This document shows positions 49,101 to 57,200 of a stretch of DNA of 64,000 bases, in pieces (the stretch's first letter is position 1; every line of letters starts with the position of its first letter). The notes beneath the pieces were generated by a model. That model did no database searches, was not told where the DNA came from, and worked only from the letters and a program-made list of their open reading frames with translations. The position numbers were made by a program, and so were the translations under genes. The DNA comes from Phoronis australis (Eukaryota > Animalia > Phoronida): NCBI GenBank assembly GCA_002633005.1, contig NMRA01000135.1, forward strand, positions 123,115 through 187,114, written 5' to 3'.

Positions 49101-50723
49101 TGAAAATCAAAAATTTGAAATATTTTTCTTTTGGCCTTAGGCCATGAAATGATGGACAATTTAATGCACATTGACCCTGGCATGAAACGGAATTCAATGT
49201 TCAACTATCAAAAGACCTGAAAATGGCTGCAAATAATCGTTTAAAGAAATAATAGACAGCGATGCAAAATAAAAAGTTAAACATATATGCATTTTTTTTT
49301 CAAAATTTCCATGAAAGTGTGACAATCATCTCGAATACGGCATGTCTCCAATCTGAAGTCAGTGCTTGATTATTGCAGACATCTTTGTGGAACTTTCTTC
49401 ATCAGTCGAGATGCTACGAACCACGCAAGGCTGCCATGGAGCTCATGATAAGCATCTACTTCAAACATGGCTGCAGGCCGTCTGCTGCTGTTGAAAAGCA
49501 GACGTGTCTGAACATGTTACAGGAAATTGGCCGTGGATCAACGCTATCAGCCCTGTGCATACCACTTGTGGCCATTTTGTTGTCCAGAAAGCTGGAACTT
49601 GGTGACCTATGCTGGTAAGTGATGTAATCATGCAAGGAAATTTTCTATTCTGTTAAAGAAACGTGATTAAGCTTCATTGTTTTAGTTTGAGAGTGGGAAC
49701 TATGGAAATTGGCACATTTAGTACCTCAAGAATTTAGAAGACTTGTTTGATTGTAGTTTTGTTTGAATGCTGTGGCAATGGGTGTTTTTTACGGAGGCTT
49801 CTCGTCAGGTTTTTTTCGTATTTTATGTGTGAATATATTTCAATATCATTGAAATGTTCACTAATAACTAAAAATGTTCATAGGGAAATTATGAGTTAAT
49901 TCAGTAAACAGTTGTATTGAGTGCTGTTTAGGTAATACAACTATTACCTTGGAACATCCTGTTTCACACTATGGTGAGTGTTGATTGTTTTGATTTCATT
50001 TTGTGATGCTCACAAAAAATCAAGTCGTGAATTAAGGTATTAAACACTTGAAGTTCTAAATAGTTATACTGTGGTCGGAATGGACTCATAAGCGGTATTT
50101 CAACTTACTTTATTTGAAATTGGTCATTTTTGACCTGCAAAAGACATGCTCAATATAACTTTAATGAATTGAGCACACTCATCTGTTATAGATTACTGTT
50201 TCATATTAGGTGCACAATAATTTTTGTAACAGTCGTAGCACACAATGAACTTCCTATGTCATGATAAAACAAAAAAACATTCATATCAAAGGAGAGTGAC
50301 AAGTGTTTGCACATTCACAGCATTTACTTGTCTATTACGCAGCAATGTGTGTTATTGGTCAAGTCACGTGACCCATTGCTAAGTCTAAGATCTCTGTCCC
50401 TTTCGCTGCTCGAACCAGGGACTCACTGTGAGCCATGCAGACACGCTGATCCACTGAGCTATCAAGACCACTGATTTATCACAGAATACAATCAGACTTG
50501 ACAGGAGGCATCTCGCATTCATTATACATTCATGTATGAAAAGTTGCTGTAGAAATGTTGTTGGAAATTGGTAAAAGGATTAGATTCATAAATTAATGGA
50601 GTAATTAATAAGATTAACGAAAATTGGTGGTAAAGATAATGAAACTATGCTTTGTGTGTTATTGCTTTATTCTTAGTAAAGTGAAGGAACTGTTACTGGC
50701 ATCTGCAAAAGCAGAACTTGAAA
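22104..50723 (+). CDS. THADA: THADA / Trm732-family armadillo-repeat protein (DUF2428), spliced, ~29 coding exons, ~1560 aa visible, 3' end missing
   Basis: A phase-consistent GT-AG exon chain. Family motifs include WTNWDSP, PWSVKGKY, FPGACYQR, WCWLTIKE, RCRHRGA, TRRSAGLP, QVHSLNIL, WAVRNSAMMLF and NPCLLVKSKYLD. Confidence 0.95.
23190..23379 (+). CDS. THADA: THADA-like exon (ACCNDG...MKVFSK)
   Basis: AG/GTAAG boundaries, open frame, phase 2 to 0. Confidence 0.8.
24437..24551 (+). CDS. THADA: THADA-like exon (ILLLFEND...SLHR)
   Basis: ttgcAG / GTAAGC, phase 0 to 1. Confidence 0.8.
24655..25660 (+). mobile_element. Older, decayed HINE-like element with ~150-bp CTCF-motif repeats
   Basis: Degenerate units with gccc..tagtggcaa at ~24799, 24988, 25135, 25401 and 25553. 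It shares the gtctcctaaaccc..gcaggatctt start with the younger copies. Confidence 0.7.
25860..26710 (+). mobile_element. HINE/Helentron-like element with 5 tandem ~150-bp units (haplotype A)
   Basis: Units are marked by GCC(C/A)CCT(A/G)GTGGC-like motifs at ~26023, 26168, 26328, 26469 and 26606. The 3' end is gagcgcat + short hairpin + ctcttgtt. Confidence 0.75.
26833..26993 (+). CDS. THADA: THADA-like exon (SFILEISV...VQTATR), copy A
   Basis: Phase 1 to 0. Same protein sequence as 28820-28980; only one copy fits the reading frame. Confidence 0.7.
27400..28697 (+). mobile_element. HINE/Helentron-like element with 8 tandem ~150-bp units (haplotype B)
   Basis: Motifs at ~27559, 27704, 27864, 28011, 28156, 28317, 28456 and 28593. 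The terminal hairpin caacgc-tcc-gcgttg (28675-28689) is followed by ctcttgtt. Confidence 0.75.
28820..28980 (+). CDS. THADA: THADA-like exon (SFILEISV...VQTATR), copy B
   Basis: ttccAG / GTAACT, phase 1 to 0. Confidence 0.75.
30235..30369 (+). CDS. THADA: THADA-like exon (VCLQTLRFF...VACSD)
   Basis: gtAG / GTAAGT, phase 0 to 0. Confidence 0.85.
31131..31254 (+). CDS. THADA: THADA-like exon (AYQMDSRLLSGTAIV...)
   Basis: ttcAG / GTGCGA, phase 0 to 1. Confidence 0.8.
31306..31395. mobile_element. ~90-bp hairpin micro-MITE, copy 2
   Basis: Shares tcactta..gg...ttttgagaaccagttttctc...gggca.caaactg.ttct...gtgactag with 1770-1864. Confidence 0.6.
31610..31800 (+). mobile_element. tRNA-derived SINE (internally deleted copy)
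   Basis: Colinear with the minus-strand copy at 37815-38052 (aggaggcagtgtggcc.agt..gataagtgtc, cccttgagtca, catgtgatcagtg, ccacctgag, gtctgg.acaac). Confidence 0.7.
32651..33046 (+). CDS. THADA: THADA-like exon (QNSTIQ...LWTNWDSPVS)
   Basis: Lies within the 167-aa ORF and carries the conserved W.NWDSP motif. Phase 1 to 1. Confidence 0.9.
33564..33754 (+). CDS. THADA: THADA-like exon (ITELVSDLFK...PWSVKGKY...QW)
   Basis: Conserved W..KGKY motif, phase 1 to 0. Confidence 0.9.
34175..34278 (+). CDS. THADA: THADA-like exon (ILQNHPYIP...WASELYREMLS)
   Basis: cacAG / GTAAGT, phase 0 to 2. Confidence 0.85.
34767..34835 (+). CDS. THADA: THADA-like exon (GDFSSWKTHWVAAL...)
   Basis: ttcAG / GTAAGT, phase 2 to 2, W...W motif. 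Confidence 0.8.
35162..35378 (+). CDS. THADA: THADA-like exon (LMCFKCSE...KAARSFHLVADL)
   Basis: Phase 2 to 0, open frame. Confidence 0.85.
35789..35882 (+). CDS. THADA: THADA-like exon (PSDLLQEALCHADDNIRSDAL...)
   Basis: Conserved L.H....R..AL motif, phase 0 to 1. Confidence 0.85.
36597..36794 (+). CDS. THADA: THADA-like exon (EPVAPSEL...DSPPFRQ...RLRDS)
   Basis: Conserved N...DSP.FRQ / RLRDS motifs, phase 1 to 1. Confidence 0.9.
37612..37699. mobile_element. ~90-bp hairpin micro-MITE, copy 3 (inverted)
   Basis: gtcacttacaag...gagaaaactggttctcaaa...cttgtaagtgac. Confidence 0.6.
37815..38052 (-). mobile_element. tRNA-derived SINE
   Basis: Minus strand has A box TGGCCCAGTGG and B box GGTTTGAGTCC, followed by a body shared with 31610-31800. 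Confidence 0.75.
38174..38970 (+). mobile_element. Non-autonomous DNA element with nested terminal hairpins (Crypton-like) carrying a pseudo-tRNA
   Basis: Hairpin arms 38179-38191/38249-38261 and 38198-38210/38229-38241. tttataccac (38261) is inverted against gtggtataaa (38960). A 22-bp palindrome lies at 38892-38913, with A/B boxes at 38815 and 38859. Confidence 0.55.
39483..39635 (+). CDS. THADA: THADA-like exon (FCDYVL...MFPGACYQRLKT...)
   Basis: Conserved FPGA.YQR motif, phase 1 to 1. Confidence 0.9.
39929..40038 (+). CDS. THADA: THADA-like exon (STTKLVAL...CTLETTNE)
   Basis: The candidate I found that bridges phase 1 to 0 between its neighbours; ttcAG / GTAATT. Confidence 0.8.
40561..40739 (+). 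CDS. THADA: THADA-like exon (IREQASSLL...SPKTLECESGALL...)
   Basis: SP....CESGA motif, phase 0 to 2. Confidence 0.88.
41357..41523 (+). CDS. THADA: THADA-like exon (CLIPG...LEAASHNPGH)
   Basis: L.AA...P.HG motif, phase 2 to 1. Confidence 0.88.
41846..42007 (+). CDS. THADA: THADA-like exon (VILACRRCL...EWRDIVQKLV...)
   Basis: Phase 1 to 1, WR..V..L motif. Confidence 0.88.
42230..42680 (+). mobile_element. Penelope-like retroelement relic (C-terminal GIY-YIG endonuclease region plus 3' tail)
   Basis: HSSAVTDHAIQFSHVIDWNGCKI...RRTRWIWKAYHITKQGASCMNKCIGQYALPDIY matches the PLE pattern SA..DH....H.IDW...KI......R.I.EA..I.....MN.D.G.Y.L...Y. Confidence 0.8.
42760..42893 (+). CDS. THADA: THADA-like exon (TAPSFAEMG...QLIMAWCWLTIK)
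   Basis: Start of the DUF2428 region, phase 1 to 0. Confidence 0.9.
43475..43612 (+). CDS. THADA: THADA-like exon (ECSLFIG...VLTRCRHR)
   Basis: The RHRG motif is split across the intron; phase 0 to 0. Confidence 0.92.
43779..43883 (+). CDS. THADA: THADA-like exon (GAIESCSLGFLKFC...ELPKSILEQ)
   Basis: DUF2428 GA.E....GF...C motif, phase 0 to 0. Confidence 0.92.
44565..44675 (+). CDS. THADA: THADA-like exon (VLSVLD...TRRSAGLP...)
   Basis: Hallmark TRRSAGLP motif of THADA/Trm732. Confidence 0.95.
45617..45860 (+). CDS. THADA: THADA-like exon (...PQVHSLNILKELFR...WAVRNSAMMLF)
   Basis: DUF2428 C-terminal motifs, phase 0 to 1. Confidence 0.95.
45931..46020. repeat. 28-bp tandem repeat, about 3 copies
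   Basis: aagaaaggtgtgttttggtgaagagctt at 45931, 45959 and 45987. Confidence 0.9.
46398..46635 (+). CDS. THADA: THADA-like exon (SLVSRMLG...FFGYHPEL...LHPKLFPVLTILSKL...)
   Basis: FF...P.L and LHP.LFP.L..LSKL motifs, phase 1 to 2. Confidence 0.92.
47156..47386 (+). CDS. THADA: THADA-like exon (ILEEFK...IYAIRCLAA...NVIHGRLL...)
   Basis: R.LAA and N..HG.LL motifs, phase 2 to 2. Confidence 0.9.
47740..47908 (+). CDS. THADA: THADA-like exon (...QWLLSNQNPCLLVKSKYLDLI...)
   Basis: WL....NPC motif. An alternative in-frame donor is possible at 47870. Confidence 0.85.
48531..48710 (+). CDS. THADA: THADA-like exon (AGSAIFANS...NWTEVQ)
   Basis: ttcAG / GTGAAT, phase 0 to 0. Confidence 0.75.
49379..49614 (+). 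CDS. THADA: THADA-like exon (TSLWNFLHQ...ELGDLC)
   Basis: tgcAG / GTAAGT, phase 0 to 2. Confidence 0.8.
50400..50470 (-). mobile_element. tRNA-like SINE head / pseudo-tRNA
   Basis: Minus strand has TAGCTCAGTGG ... GGTTCGAGC, but no complete cloverleaf. Confidence 0.5.
50677..50723 (+). CDS. THADA: Last visible THADA-like exon (KVKELLLASAKAELE), ending on an open donor
   Basis: cttAG / GTAAGT. Phase 2 entry matches the previous exon, and there is no stop codon. Confidence 0.7.
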
Positions 50724-52186
50724 GTAAGTACACATACTTTTTATAAACAATGACCATGTAAAGAATAGGTCGAAAACACCCTGTTTATGATACATGAATA
50801 GTTTGTAAATTATTGCGTACTACCGGTTTAGTCAGACAGAGCAAAAGCAACAATAAAACAACAAGTACCAGAATGTTGACAACACAAAATAGAGAATTAA
50901 CAGATAACAAGAGCTTCAGCAATAATTAACGATATGTTTATAATATTTTCTCACACCCAGATAAAATGAAAATGTCGTGGTATTGTTGTTTGATGTTCAG
51001 AAAAGTGTACTATTCTTTGGTATTGTAAGGGAAAAAAACATTGTGCGAATAAGTGTGAATGAGTTTGACCCAGGAATAGATTAAAATGATCGCAGTGGAA
51101 AAAATAACAGAAAACACGAACGTAATGTTACTACTTAACAGCAACATTTACTATTTGATGACATTGCTATTTGATAGTTACATTTAGTAACGTTACTATT
51201 TAATAGTAACATTATTTAGTAGCATCATTACTATGTAATTGTAACATCATGTGATTCTCAATAGATACGTCCAATAACTGTTGAAAATCAACATAGAAAT
51301 AGTTATATCGTGAAATCAAGTACTAACAGAAAACAAAAATTGACAGTAATATTTAAAGGATTTCAACCCAGAAATGCTTGAACAGTAGAAATAAGTAACA
51401 GAAAACAAGAATATAACAGCATTAACATTATGTAATTCTTGGTAGAAAATTAAATCTTATCAGTGTACTTCAACTCGTGTTCTAGACAACATTGTGCCAG
51501 CATTGGCCTGCTGATGTTGAGCCCCTTACGCAATGCCGTCTTGTATACCAGTTGAAGTTCTGCATATTGGCTTTGTAACTAATCAGATAATATAAATTAA
51601 AATTACCCTTCAAACTTTCTACAAGGGGGTGACTTATGCAGCTGTCTTTTGGAAGATTTGTATTCTGCATATGATTGGTTGTAAACTGCATTGTATATGA
51701 AAAACATGTATTATGCACATCAACATATTAAAACCTATCTTCACCAAGAAGCCAAAGCTGCTAGTGTTTCAGGGCAGCTTGAAAGGATCACCTTAAGAAC
51801 TGCTTAGAAATAACCACCTGTCAGGGTTTGTGGTTTTTCTTGGAATTGGGCTTGCTTCAATGGTAGAGTTGTCAGGTAGTGAACCCATGGACTCCCATGA
51901 ATGACTTTGTTTGCTCAATATTATGTGATCACCCCAGTACTGGCAATAATCCAAATTCTGTTCTCCACATCGAGGCTGCGAAGAAAGGATTCTCACAGTT
52001 AATAAAACTTTCTGAAGTCAATGATCTGTAAATTACAAGTGAATCTCACTTTGAGGTTTTTTAATCATTGAAAGTGATTCAGAAGTTTCATGTCTGATGA
52101 AATAGAATTTTGTGTAATTTTAAATAATCAAAGGGGAGTGGTGCCAATATTCAGCCCCAAACCTAAGGTGTCGGAGGCCCTGAATG

Positions 52187-52444
52187 TTAATCTGTCTTTG
52201 CGCCTTGAGTTACACAGAACACACAGAACTGCGATTTCTGTTCGTCCCCTTCTGTAGCATGTCCAATCACCACAAGGTACTCTCCATTGGATGAAAACTG
52301 CAATCTTTCTACGATGATATCCATGTTAATGTTGAATGCCTCGTCGAAGCCTATTTCGGCGGTCACCTTCCAGAGCTTCAGGACTCCATCTGCGGATGCT
52401 GAGGCTGCCCATGTGCCGTCATCTGAGATCCCAACAGATGTGAC
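52187..52444 (-). CDS. Duplicate (allelic or paralogous) copy of the NWD-like terminal WD40 exon
   Basis: VTSVGISDDGTWAASASADGVLKLW...AKTD*, with 3 amino-acid differences from 54019-54276. Confidence 0.6.
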   Translation of the reverse strand, partial: VTSVGISDDGTWAASASADGVLKLWKVTAEIGFDEAFNINMDIIVERLQFSSNGEYLVVIGHATEGDEQKSQFCVFCVTQGAKTD

Positions 52445-52699
52445 CTGATAAAAATGTGGAAGCAATTTTAATTAAATTCTAATGTTCGGATGGCTTGGCT
52501 TGGCTTGGCATTCTCCCAGATTGACGATATAAGAAGCCCAGGGGTCTGTTTCATCAAAGTGACTCAAGACTTAAGACAGAAATTTGGTCTTACCATCCCA
52601 CTTCACAATTGCTAGAAAAGGTTTAAACAGCTTATTATTTAAAATGACTTATTCTTATTAAAATGACATAGGCAAAAAATTGAATTTTGGACCTCAAAA

Positions 52700-52879
52700 G
52701 CGAGGCCTCCTATATTAATATAGAGGGCCCCGCTCTCCGGCCTCCTTTCGGCGGGGCCCCCTATATTAATATAGGGAGCCCCGCTCTCCGGCCTCCTTTC
52801 GGCGGGGCCTCCTATATTAATATAGGGGGCCCCGCTCTCCGGCCTCCTTTCGGCGGGGCCCCCTATATTAATATAGGGG
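52700..52879. repeat. 51-bp GC-rich palindromic minisatellite (3+ units, runs into the gap)
   Basis: Unit tatattaatatagggggccccgctctccggcctcctttcggcggggccccc. Consensus junctions form a 34-bp palindrome centred on TATATTAATATA. Confidence 0.92.
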
Positions 52880-54018
52880 NTTTGATAGTTACATTTAGTA
52901 ACGTTACTATTTAATAGTAACATTATTTAGTAGCATCATTACTATGTAATTATAACATCATGCGATTCTCAATAGATACGTCCAATAACTTTTGAAAATC
53001 AACATAGAAATAGTTATATCGTGAAATCAAGTACTAACAGAAAACAAAAATTGACAGTAATATTTAAAGGATTTCAACCCAGAAATGCTTGAACAGTAGA
53101 AATAAGTAACAGAAAACAAGAATATATCAGCATTAACATTATGTAATTCTATATAGAAAATTAAATCTTATCAGTGTACTTCAACTCGCATTCTAGACAA
53201 CATTCTGCCAGCATTGGCGTGTTGATGTTGAGCCCCTTACGCAATGCCGTCTTGTATACCAGTTGAAGTTCTGTATATTGGCTTTGTAACTAATGATATA
53301 ATATAAATTAAAATTACCCTTCAAACTTTCTACAAGGGGGTGACTTATGCAGCTGTCTTTTGGAAGATTTGTCTTCTTTATATGATTTTGTAGAAAGCGG
53401 CGTTGTATATGAAAAACATGTATTATGCACATCAACATATTAAAACTTTGGAAACATCTTTTTCTGGTGATAACAGTCAGAAATAAAAAATGTTTCACTT
53501 TGGTATAATTAATGTCCATGACTACTGCAAATTATGGTGGCCTCCTATCTTCACCAAGAAGCCAAAGCTACTAGTGTTTCTTGGCGACTTGAAAAGATCA
53601 CCTTAAGAACTGCTTAGAAAAGACCACCTGTCAGGCCTTGTGGTTTTTCTTGGAATTGGGCTTGCCTCAATGGTAGAGTTGTCAGATAGTGAACCCTGGA
53701 CTCCCACGAATGACTTTCTTTGCTCAATATTATGTGATCACCCCACTACTGGCAATATTCCAAATTCTGTTCTCCACATCGAGGCTATAAACAGTGGATA
53801 GGCATGACTGCGAAGAAAGGATTGCCACAGTTTATAAAACTTTCTGAAGTCAAGGATCTGTAAATCATAAGTGAAACTCACTTTGAGGTTTTTTAATCAT
53901 TGTAAGTGATTCAGAAGTTTCATGCCTGATGAAATAGAATTTTGTGTGATTTTAAATAATCAAAGGGGAGTGGTGCCACTATTCAGCCCCAAACCTAAGG
54001 TGTCGAAGGCCCTGAGTG

Positions 54019-54276
54019 TTAATCTGTCTTTGCGCCTTGAGTTACACAGAACACACAGAACTGCGATTTCTGTTCGTCCCGTTCTGTAGCATGTCCAATC
54101 ACCACAAGGTACTCTCCATTGAATGAAAACTGTAATCTGTCTACGATGATATCCATGTTAATGTTGAATGCCTCGTCGAAGCCTATTTCGGCAGTCACCT
54201 TCCAGAGCTTCAGGACTCCATCTGCGGATGCTGAGGCTGCCCATGTGCCGTCATCTGAGATCCCAACAGATGTGAC
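54019..54276 (-). CDS. NWD2: NWD-like terminal coding exon (WD40)
   Basis: Joins KHDAP|VTSVGISDDG into a canonical WD40 repeat; stop codon at 54019. Confidence 0.88.
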   Translation of the reverse strand, partial: VTSVGISDDGTWAASASADGVLKLWKVTAEIGFDEAFNINMDIIVDRLQFSFNGEYLVVIGHATERDEQKSQFCVFCVTQGAKTD

Positions 54277-57200
54277 CTGATGAAAATGTGGAAGCAATTT
54301 TAATTAAATTCTAATGTTTGGATGGCTTGGCTTGGCATTCTCCCAGATTGACGATATAAAAAGCCCAGGGGTCTGTTTCATCAAAGTGACACAAGACTTA
54401 AGACAGAACTTTGGTCTTACACTCCCACTTCAAAATTGCTAGATAAAGGTTTATCTAAATAATTATGAGTGCACCAGAATCTAGAAATAATTATTAATAA
54501 TAGAAATTGTCTGTCAGTAACATTCTCAGAGACTTGCTCAAATGAGATTTGGTAATTTTGTTGGAAATAGTTGTGTGGAGCGTAAGACCAAATTACTGAC
54601 AGTTTCAAAGCACTAGATGGAGTTGTACCATTGTTTAAATTATAAACAATGATTCTAATTCGAGCCACTTGCTAGAGGTTTGGAGCTTAGATATAACTAG
54701 TTCTTTAATCAGTGAGAACAAGACAATATTTTAGCCATAGCAATTTTAATCAAAACTTCTTCCTATCATAATTGTTAACAGTGGTTGGACTTACTGGAGC
54801 ATCGTGCTTGAAGTTTGCTTTTGGATGTTTCCAGCCAACCACTACGCCAGTCTGTAACTCGTAGACCAAAGCCCAGCCGTCCTCAGACCCTGTTATCGCA
54901 TGCTTGTAGTTGGCGGACCTTTCCAATCCAGTTGTGCACCCAAAGGCCGATTCTTTAGGTAAAGTCCAGTGTGGACGATATAACTGCCCCATTCCTCGGT
55001 TGCCGTTCACCAACAGCCCGTCACATTTCCCGGTTTCTAGGTTCCAATACGTTGCTGTAATCTGAAGCCCAATCACAACCATATTACCAGAGACGGCCAC
55101 TATACTGTTCCCAAGAAACGGAACTTTGGACAATGGACGATAACAGTGCCTTACTTCTCCAGAATCTTTTTTCAAGTTGATGGCTGCAAATCGTAGAGTT
55201 CCCTTATGAGGCTTGTAGCCTCCTAACGCCTTTTTGCCAAACGCAATGATTTCCTCTTGAGCAGCTTCATCACAATAAATCAGGAAGACTAGGAATTCTT
55301 CATTTTCTGTGAGGAGCAACCTGAACTCAGCAAAGTTGAATTTCTTCAAAGGAATCGTTTTCTTCACTTCCATTTTCTTGATGTCCCATGTCTCAACTTG
55401 CATAGTTTCTTCTTTCCTAGCTATATAACACATCTGCTTTGGACGATCAAGCTGGAAAGCTATAACACCTGTTCCAAAATCTTTATCTAAAAGCTGTCCT
55501 GTTGTGAAGTTCCATGCCTTTAGAACACCTGTTGCTTTTTCCCAGCCAAGTAAGACGGTATCGTCCACAGCTAGCTTGACTTCATTCACCTTCATGTCTG
55601 CTGACTTTGCTACAAAGTGTTTTGTCCACTGAGTAAGACCCCATATGATGAATGATTCGCCTGAATTTGTGACAACAAACTGGCCATTTTCATTTATATC
55701 ACAGCTTGTGGCATTGAGATCTCCATCTTTTTTCCTCCCGAAACAGTTAAACAAGGGTAACAGGAGAGGAGTTTGAGATGTTTTGCCATACTTCATCGCC
55801 TGTTTGGCTAATGACTGGAGATGGGGATGGCTCTGGTCATCGTGGTCAAGTCGGGCCAATATCTGCATGGGAATCTGTGAAACCGCTTTCACAGATGCTG
55901 AGCTCAGAACGTCATACAGTAACGATATTTCCTGATCCTCTGTGAACGTGTCTTTCAAATCCTCCAGCTCATTCACCAAATATTGATAAGAAAAGGCTTG
56001 TACCTTCATCACAAGATACTTAATATTGCAAACAGTTTTGCTCTTAAATTTGGCCATGTCACCTGAATGTTTCAGATGGTGAACCAAGCATTCAAGTCGT
56101 CGTCTGTTCTTACTTGTAGCTGCTTGAATAGTCACTTGTCTGTCTGCATTTTTCATTGTGATGTTTCTCTTTGGAAGACTTATTGTCTTTTTAAATGGAC
56201 TCTCCACCATGTAAAGCTCGGCCAGGTCTGTGTGTATCTGTTGCTTCCTAGACGTCACATAGCGTTCTGTAGCCACTTCAATGAACTGCCTGTGGTACCA
56301 GAAATACGTGGTTTTCCCCTGCGATTGTCTCTCAGTGAGGTATTCTTTCAGGTCATTGTGTATCCTCGCCCATAGAAGTGCTGGTATTCTGATGCTGTTT
56401 TCTTCAGGTGGATTGTGGTACTGATATACATCCGCTAGAACCTCGTTGTTGCAAGATAGAACATCCTCCAGCTCGATTTCACTCAGTCCATTCAAGCCAC
56501 ATGTCAGATATCCAAGTGAATGTTCTACAAGAAGCTTCCCAAACTTGATTTCAATATCTTGGAACATGTGGTTTATCGCCTGCTTGACTGTCGGAGCAAG
56601 AATTAGATCTTCTGCTGGTGTGTACGACTTCCACTTGGCGGCTTGGTCAGCCACAATTTTCAGAAGGAGAGGGGTTGCCTCACTGCTTAAGATGGAGTTA
56701 AGGAACTCTTTCTGTTGGTTGGAAACTGTCCTCTGGTGATGGCTTATGTGTTTTTCCAAGATTTGTTGCCCAGTCGTCAATGGAACTGGTTTCAGCTGTA
56801 AATAACACTCAGAATTGGGCAAGACCTTTCTTAAGTTGTCAAGACAGCCGTGTTGAGCGGGTAAAGTTGAAAAGATGAAGTGGATGTTAGGCGGCAAGTT
56901 GATCTCCACCCAGCCCATTAAGTAAGCTTGATGAGCCGATGACAGCTGGTCAAGAGAATCTAGCAGAATGAACACCTCATGGTCAACCAGATCACGTGAT
57001 ACGTTTCTTAGAAATCTTGGGAAGTATGCCAGTAAATTCTTCATGTTTTTGTATCCTTCTGGTTCCATGATTTTGTCACAAATGTCCGCCAACTGTCCAC
57101 AGATGCTCAGTAGGACGTCAAAGATATTGAAACTCTTTGGTGATGTGCCGAGGAATCTCACAAGCCTGATGGAATCCGGTCCAAACCAGTCAGTTATTTT

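Larger units (their letters stand above)
51170..54452. repeat. Direct duplication 51170-~52625 vs 52881-~54452 around N52880, including the NWD-like last exon and 3' region
   Basis: Colinear copies with many substitutions and indels; the second begins immediately after the N. Confidence 0.88.

Noticed and set aside
52639-52923. Repetitive proteins (PYINIGGPAERRPESGA)n
   Set aside because: A by-product of a 51-bp unit being a multiple of three; the ORF also spans the N.
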